Source: a virus. Taken from it: a DNA stretch of 64,000 nucleotides. Under the pieces are notes generated by a model that did not search any database, was not told the origin of the DNA, and worked only from the letters and a program-made list of their open reading frames with translations. The position numbers and the translations under genes are program-made. Shown one piece after another: positions 59,598-64,000 of the stretch; the first letter of the stretch is position 1; each line of letters opens with the position of its first letter. The stretch lies in the IMG/VR virus record IMGVR_UViG_3300035670_000024; one strand, given 5' to 3'.

Positions 59598-60317
59598 CTA
59601 GACGAAAAAACTGGATAACCCTTCTATAACTACTTCACTTTCAACATCAGTGTTTGGATTCTTCACTTTAATAGTGTGAGATAATTTAGGCATGGTTTCA
59701 AAGAATTTTTCAATTTGCTTAAATTGACTGGTATTCATTTGATCCAAAAATTCCATCAATTCCTTTTTAGTCACATCAGCAGTTGCCCATACTTCTTCCT
59801 CATTGTAAATTTTATCAACACAAGAAGCAATGAGATCAAATGATTGATCTAATGCATTGTTATTTGAAATATCAAAATTACTCTTGATAAATTGATCCAA
59901 TGAAGGATATTTCATTTCCATCATTAAACTATCATCAAGTTTAATCTTGTTATCATGATCATCATTTTTTCTAACTTTAATGTCATCAACATTAATTTTT
60001 ACAGATACATTAGTTTCATTGTCATCTGGACAAATTATGTTGACTTCAATTTCTTCTCCAACTGATTTGGCACGAATATTTAAAAATAGATACTCAATGT
60101 CAAAAGTAGGAAGTGTTTCTACTTTAATTCCTTTTGTTTCTATGCAATTTTTAATCACAGTTTTAATCGCATTAGTAATCTGTTTTGTATCTTCTGATTC
60201 TAATGCAATGACTAAAAGTTTTTCTTCTTTTACTAGGAATGGTCTATACTTTATAGTTTCTCCTGTTGATGGCAATTCCAACTCATATGTTGGGGTAGCA
60301 ATTTTAGGTAAAGGCAT
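59598..60317 (-). CDS. gp26: Baseplate hub subunit gp26
   Basis: MPLPKIATPTYELELPS..YRPFLVKEEK..FDIEYLFLNIRAKSVGE. Confidence 0.92.
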   Translation of the reverse strand: MPLPKIATPTYELELPSTGETIKYRPFLVKEEKLLVIALESEDTKQITNAIKTVIKNCIETKGIKVETLPTFDIEYLFLNIRAKSVGEEIEVNIICPDDNETNVSVKINVDDIKVRKNDDHDNKIKLDDSLMMEMKYPSLDQFIKSNFDISNNNALDQSFDLIASCVDKIYNEEEVWATADVTKKELMEFLDQMNTSQFKQIEKFFETMPKLSHTIKVKNPNTDVESEVVIEGLSSFFV

Positions 60318-60345
60318 AATCTCCTTATAATAAACTCAGATACTT

Positions 60346-60353
60346 TATTTATA
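60346..60353 (-). promoter_or_regulatory. T4 late promoter TATAAATA for gp26
   Basis: Exact consensus upstream of AAGGAG SD and ATG. Confidence 0.8.
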
Positions 60354-60356
60354 GGG

Positions 60357-61298
60357 TTAAAATAGAGGTGTTGGATTTCTTAGATTTGAACTATTCCAAG
60401 GGCGAGGTTGTCTAGTTCCACCATTTGTACCATCACCACCTAAATATGAACTATTCCAAAGGCGAGGTTCTCTAGTTGGATTTGGAGTATTAAGTTGAGT
60501 ATTTGCAGATTGATTAAGAGTATTTGGAGATTGGTTTCTAAGAAGTTGAGAATTAAAATTAGCTTGTTGTTGTGGATTTAATGGAGCATTTGGTGTTGGA
60601 ACTCCTGGTGGAGTAGATTGTCTTGGTTCTGTATTAGGAACAGAAGTTGTGGGGGGAGTAGAAGGAGTATTGGGTACTTGAGTACCACTAATCCAATAGC
60701 GGGTATATGCAAAAGAAACAGTACATTTTAACAATTGAGAACTATCATAAGAAACTTGCATTGAGTTTATACTAATTGGAAATGCATTCACAAAATTATA
60801 TGTGAGTTGTGGACTAGGGATACTTCTCTCAAACTTAGTAATTGAAATGCCCTCTCTTGTAATATAAGTATCAGGATAACTAACTCTATAAAAATAATTT
60901 TTATCTCTTATATTTTCATATTGTTCATTAGCAGCAAGTCCCATCCATGCCTCAAATAATCTTATTACATAATATTCTCTAGCATCCACATAAAAACTAA
61001 AATCTGCCCTATCATCATATAAACGACGATATACATGTTTTTCGGAAACTCCAGTAAAATCATTATTAATGTCATGAGTTGCCAATGTTGATCCTGGTAA
61101 AGAAGCTTCAAAACAAGCAAGTGATACAAAATCAGATGTTTTCAATGGATTTATCTGTAATCTTGAATTTATAAACCCACTATCTGATCCTCCAGGAATC
61201 TTAAAATTACAAAGATAATGAGAAGTAAGAGCAGGTCTTAATAATTTTTCTCTTATACCTCTAACATTTATGCCATTTGATGATGCTACACTAGACAT
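60357..61298 (-). CDS. gp54: Tail tube initiator gp54-like (gp19 fold)
   Basis: LACFEASLPG..FYVD..FEAW..YP..NAFPISI..TVSFAY; Pro/Asn/Thr-rich tail. Confidence 0.7.
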   Translation of the reverse strand: MSSVASSNGINVRGIREKLLRPALTSHYLCNFKIPGGSDSGFINSRLQINPLKTSDFVSLACFEASLPGSTLATHDINNDFTGVSEKHVYRRLYDDRADFSFYVDAREYYVIRLFEAWMGLAANEQYENIRDKNYFYRVSYPDTYITREGISITKFERSIPSPQLTYNFVNAFPISINSMQVSYDSSQLLKCTVSFAYTRYWISGTQVPNTPSTPPTTSVPNTEPRQSTPPGVPTPNAPLNPQQQANFNSQLLRNQSPNTLNQSANTQLNTPNPTREPRLWNSSYLGGDGTNGGTRQPRPWNSSNLRNPTPLF

Positions 61299-61302
61299 CT
61301 AA

Positions 61303-61332
61303 CTAAATATTCGTTGATTATAAAATATTTAT
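61303..61332. promoter_or_regulatory. Divergent late promoters (CTAAATA + strand 61303-61309; ATAAATA - strand 61326-61332)
   Basis: 32-bp gap at the strand switch between gp54 and gp4. Confidence 0.6.
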
Positions 61333-61780
61333 GGCGAAAGAAGGGAAATATCATCAAGGAAGATTTCGCCCAAGAAATCCAGAAAAATATAAAGGAGATG
61401 TAAACAATATTATTTACAGATCTTCTTGGGAATTAAAGTTTCTTCAATGGTGTGATCGTAATGAGAATATTTTAGAATATGGATCTGAAGAATTTTTTAT
61501 TCCATACTTTGATCATACTACTGGAAAAATTAGAAGGTATTTTCCAGATGCTTATGTAAAAGTTAAAGAATCTAGTGGAAATATTAAAAAATATATTATT
61601 GAAATTAAACCACTTCGTCAAACAAAACCACCAGTTCCAGGTAAAAAGAAAAAGCAAACTTTAATTACCGAAGCACTTACCTACGAAAAAAATTGTGCAA
61701 AATGGAAAGCGGCTGAAGAATGGTGTAAAGATAGAATGATGGAATTCAAAATTATCACAGAACGAGAATTACAGTTATAA
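61331..61780 (+). CDS. gp4: Head completion nuclease gp4
   Basis: PRNPEKYKGD..IIYRSSWE..RRYFPD..IIEIKP..KWKAA..FKIITE. Confidence 0.92.
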   Translation: MAKEGKYHQGRFRPRNPEKYKGDVNNIIYRSSWELKFLQWCDRNENILEYGSEEFFIPYFDHTTGKIRRYFPDAYVKVKESSGNIKKYIIEIKPLRQTKPPVPGKKKKQTLITEALTYEKNCAKWKAAEEWCKDRMMEFKIITERELQL

Positions 61781-61783
61781 ATA
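61776..61783 (+). promoter_or_regulatory. T4 late promoter TATAAATA for gp48
   Basis: Exact consensus overlapping the gp4 stop codon. Confidence 0.8.
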
Positions 61784-61865
61784 AAGAATAAAGAACTTCT
61801 ATTTTAATGTTGGATAAAAAGAAAACAACTTGGATTCTTACATTCTCGGTTAGGAGGGAGTTCTA

Positions 61866-63332
61866 ATGGCAGAAAGAAGAAATTCACCAATAATAACAGT
61901 AAAACAACCTTATAGAACTAGTGATGGTACACTTCTATATCTTGGAACCTCCACAGAAGTTCAAAGAGATGCAAATGGAAAGTATGTACCTGGAAGTGCT
62001 GTAACTAGTTTAAGATTATATGATACAACATTTTCTCCTCTTGGAACTGATTTTAAAACAGTAGCAACAAGAAAAGCAGGAGAACCTTGGACATTTACTC
62101 AAGGTGCAGATGGAAAACCTATTGCTGGATCAGACTTACAAAAAACTTTATCAAATCAAAATTCATTATTAAACAAAAATTTAAATAATAATATTACTAC
62201 TGCACTGGGAGCTCCTTTACAAGGTGTTCCTGCAGGAGAAGTAAATAAGAATACAAAACAAGATGCTAACAAAGCAACAGGTCTGAATCAAAATACTGCA
62301 AAAAATGAAGAAAACACCGGAAATGCATCCAATACTTCTACTGCAGGAGCTGGATCAACAGATCCAAAAGTAACACAACAACAATTAAATAATTTAGTAA
62401 TTGGTAGATCTGATATAAGAAAACCAACTGAATATCAAAATTTAGTATATCCAACAGATCTAGAATCAAGCAGACAAGATATCATTCAATTTACAATGAG
62501 TGAATATGTGCCAAAACAATTAAATACAAATGTAGTACAACAATTGGAAAGTGGAATATCTCAAGAATCTTTCCTTGGAGATAGATCTAAATCTATACGA
62601 GCAGGTCAAGCAAAAGTATCTGGAGGAAGAGTAACTTTACCAATTCAACCTACAATTTCAGATTCAAATGCAGTAGTTTGGAATGATCAAACAATTAATC
62701 CATTTCAAGCAGCTGTAGGTTCTTTTGCATCCAGTCTTATTGAAGGAAATACTAATCTTGAAGGTTCATCAGATTCTAAAACAAACCAAGATCAGCAATC
62801 TCGTAATGCTCTTAGAGAATTTATAGGAAAATATCTTGCTGGAGAAGCTGCAGGAGGAGAAGGTCAACAACTTTTTACAAGAACAACTGGAGCAGTTCTT
62901 AATCCAAACTTAGAACTTCTTTTCACTGGGCCATCTCTTCGTTCATTTAATTTCACATTTACTATGTCAGCAAGAGAACAAAGCGAAGCAGTAACAATAA
63001 AACAAATTATAAGATTTTTTAAACAAGGAATGTCTGTTAAAAGAGCAGAGTCTTCATTGTTTTTAAAAACTCCACATGTTTTTGATATTAAATATGTTTA
63101 CAGAGGAAATGGACAAAATGAAGTTCATCCTTGGTTGAATACTTTTAAAACATGTGCTTTAACAAATTGTAGTGTCAATTATACACCAGCAGGAAGTTAT
63201 GCAACATTTACTGATGGTGCAATGACGCAATATGATCTCAGTTTAACATTCACAGAACTTGAACCAATCTATGATGATGATTATACTCGTAATGTTCCAA
63301 ATGGAAATGCTGATACTCACATAGGTTACTAA
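61866..63332 (+). CDS. gp48: Baseplate tail tube cap gp48
   Basis: NPNLELLFTGPSLRSFNFTF..IIRFFKQGM..CALTNCSVNYTP..LSLTFTELEP. Confidence 0.88.
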   Translation: MAERRNSPIITVKQPYRTSDGTLLYLGTSTEVQRDANGKYVPGSAVTSLRLYDTTFSPLGTDFKTVATRKAGEPWTFTQGADGKPIAGSDLQKTLSNQNSLLNKNLNNNITTALGAPLQGVPAGEVNKNTKQDANKATGLNQNTAKNEENTGNASNTSTAGAGSTDPKVTQQQLNNLVIGRSDIRKPTEYQNLVYPTDLESSRQDIIQFTMSEYVPKQLNTNVVQQLESGISQESFLGDRSKSIRAGQAKVSGGRVTLPIQPTISDSNAVVWNDQTINPFQAAVGSFASSLIEGNTNLEGSSDSKTNQDQQSRNALREFIGKYLAGEAAGGEGQQLFTRTTGAVLNPNLELLFTGPSLRSFNFTFTMSAREQSEAVTIKQIIRFFKQGMSVKRAESSLFLKTPHVFDIKYVYRGNGQNEVHPWLNTFKTCALTNCSVNYTPAGSYATFTDGAMTQYDLSLTFTELEPIYDDDYTRNVPNGNADTHIGY

Positions 63333-63334
63333 AA

Positions 63335-64000
63335 ATGTCAAATTATTTCAGAAGAGTTCCAAATTTTGAATACATTTCCAGGAATCCAAATGAAAAAAAT
63401 ATTTCTGATTATGTTCCTGTAAAAAATCTTTTTAAAAGAGGAAAGTTAAGAGAAGATATTTTTGGTAATTTAGCATTCTTTGAAAAATACTCAATTATTG
63501 GTGATGAAAGACCAGATAATGTTGCATTCAAAGTTTATGGAGATGAAAGTTTAGATTGGGTTGTTCTCATTTCAAATAATATTCTCAATATCTACAGTGA
63601 ATGGCCTATGACTCAAAGAACCTTTGAAAAAGTCATGTTAGAAAAATATGGTTCTTATGAGAATTTTTATGCAGGTATTCACCATTATGAAACTGAAGAA
63701 ATTAAAAATTCATCTGGGGTCATTGTTTTAAAAGAAGGATTGGAAATTAATCCAACCTGGGAAACAAATGGAAATTTTATTAAATCAATAAACTCCAAAA
63801 TTACAAGTATAACTGTTACCGGAAAAACTGTAAGAGTTGGTATAAAAGATAATATTCCTGGAATGTTTGTCAATAGTCAAGTAGTTATTGATGGAATATC
63901 TGTAAGAGACTATAATGGAAAATTCTTAGTAACCTCAGTGTTTGATAAAGAATTTACTTATGAACTTACATCAGAACCAAGAAATTCAAATCCAACACTA
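63335..64000 (+). CDS. gp53: Baseplate wedge gp53, truncated at window edge
   Basis: Manual translation MSNYFRRVPNFEY..VKNLFKRGKLREDIF..GDERPDNVA..YG..LDWVVLISNNI..EWP..IHHYET. Confidence 0.9.
   Translation, partial: MSNYFRRVPNFEYISRNPNEKNISDYVPVKNLFKRGKLREDIFGNLAFFEKYSIIGDERPDNVAFKVYGDESLDWVVLISNNILNIYSEWPMTQRTFEKVMLEKYGSYENFYAGIHHYETEEIKNSSGVIVLKEGLEINPTWETNGNFIKSINSKITSITVTGKTVRVGIKDNIPGMFVNSQVVIDGISVRDYNGKFLVTSVFDKEFTYELTSEPRNSNPTL

Noticed and set aside
60387-60477. Two 31-bp repeats with a 29-bp spacer as a mini-CRISPR
   Set aside because: Only two copies, in frame within gp54, and no leader
1-64000. Alternative genetic code or stop-codon recoding
   Set aside because: Standard code gives dense, full-length genes, and no suppressor tRNA is present

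Overview
This window is a 64-kb segment of a large, AT-rich T4-like cyanophage (Kyanoviridae-type myovirus). Genes run on the minus strand until about 61.3 kb, where gp4/gp48/gp53 diverge onto the plus strand. (1) 1-7.2 kb is an accessory sugar-modification cluster: two SAM methyltransferase genes, a GDPD-like protein, two paralogous glycosyltransferase-like proteins, a sugar-nucleotidyltransferase, a cupin, a GH130-like beta-propeller, and a full-length RuBisCO-like protein (form IV-type, lacking carboxylase residues). (2) 7.2-42.1 kb is a tail-fibre/virion-appendage region with four collagen-like proteins whose Gly-X-Gln repeats almost entirely lack Pro, and a duplicated three-gene module. 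(3) 42.3-43.1 kb holds four tRNAs (Thr-UGU, Leu-UAA, Ile-UAU, Leu-CAA) with sigma70-type promoters. (4) 43.4-64 kb holds baseplate genes (gp5, gp27-like, gp51, gp26, gp54, gp4, gp48, gp53), cp12, a 2OG-Fe(II) oxygenase and three paralogous large proteins carrying different peptidoglycan-hydrolase domains. The best candidate for a new system is the RuBisCO-like protein embedded in a nucleotide-sugar/glycosylation operon with a late-promoter motif, beside Ser/Thr-rich collagen-like fibres. All family assignments come from motif recognition by eye; no database searches were run.
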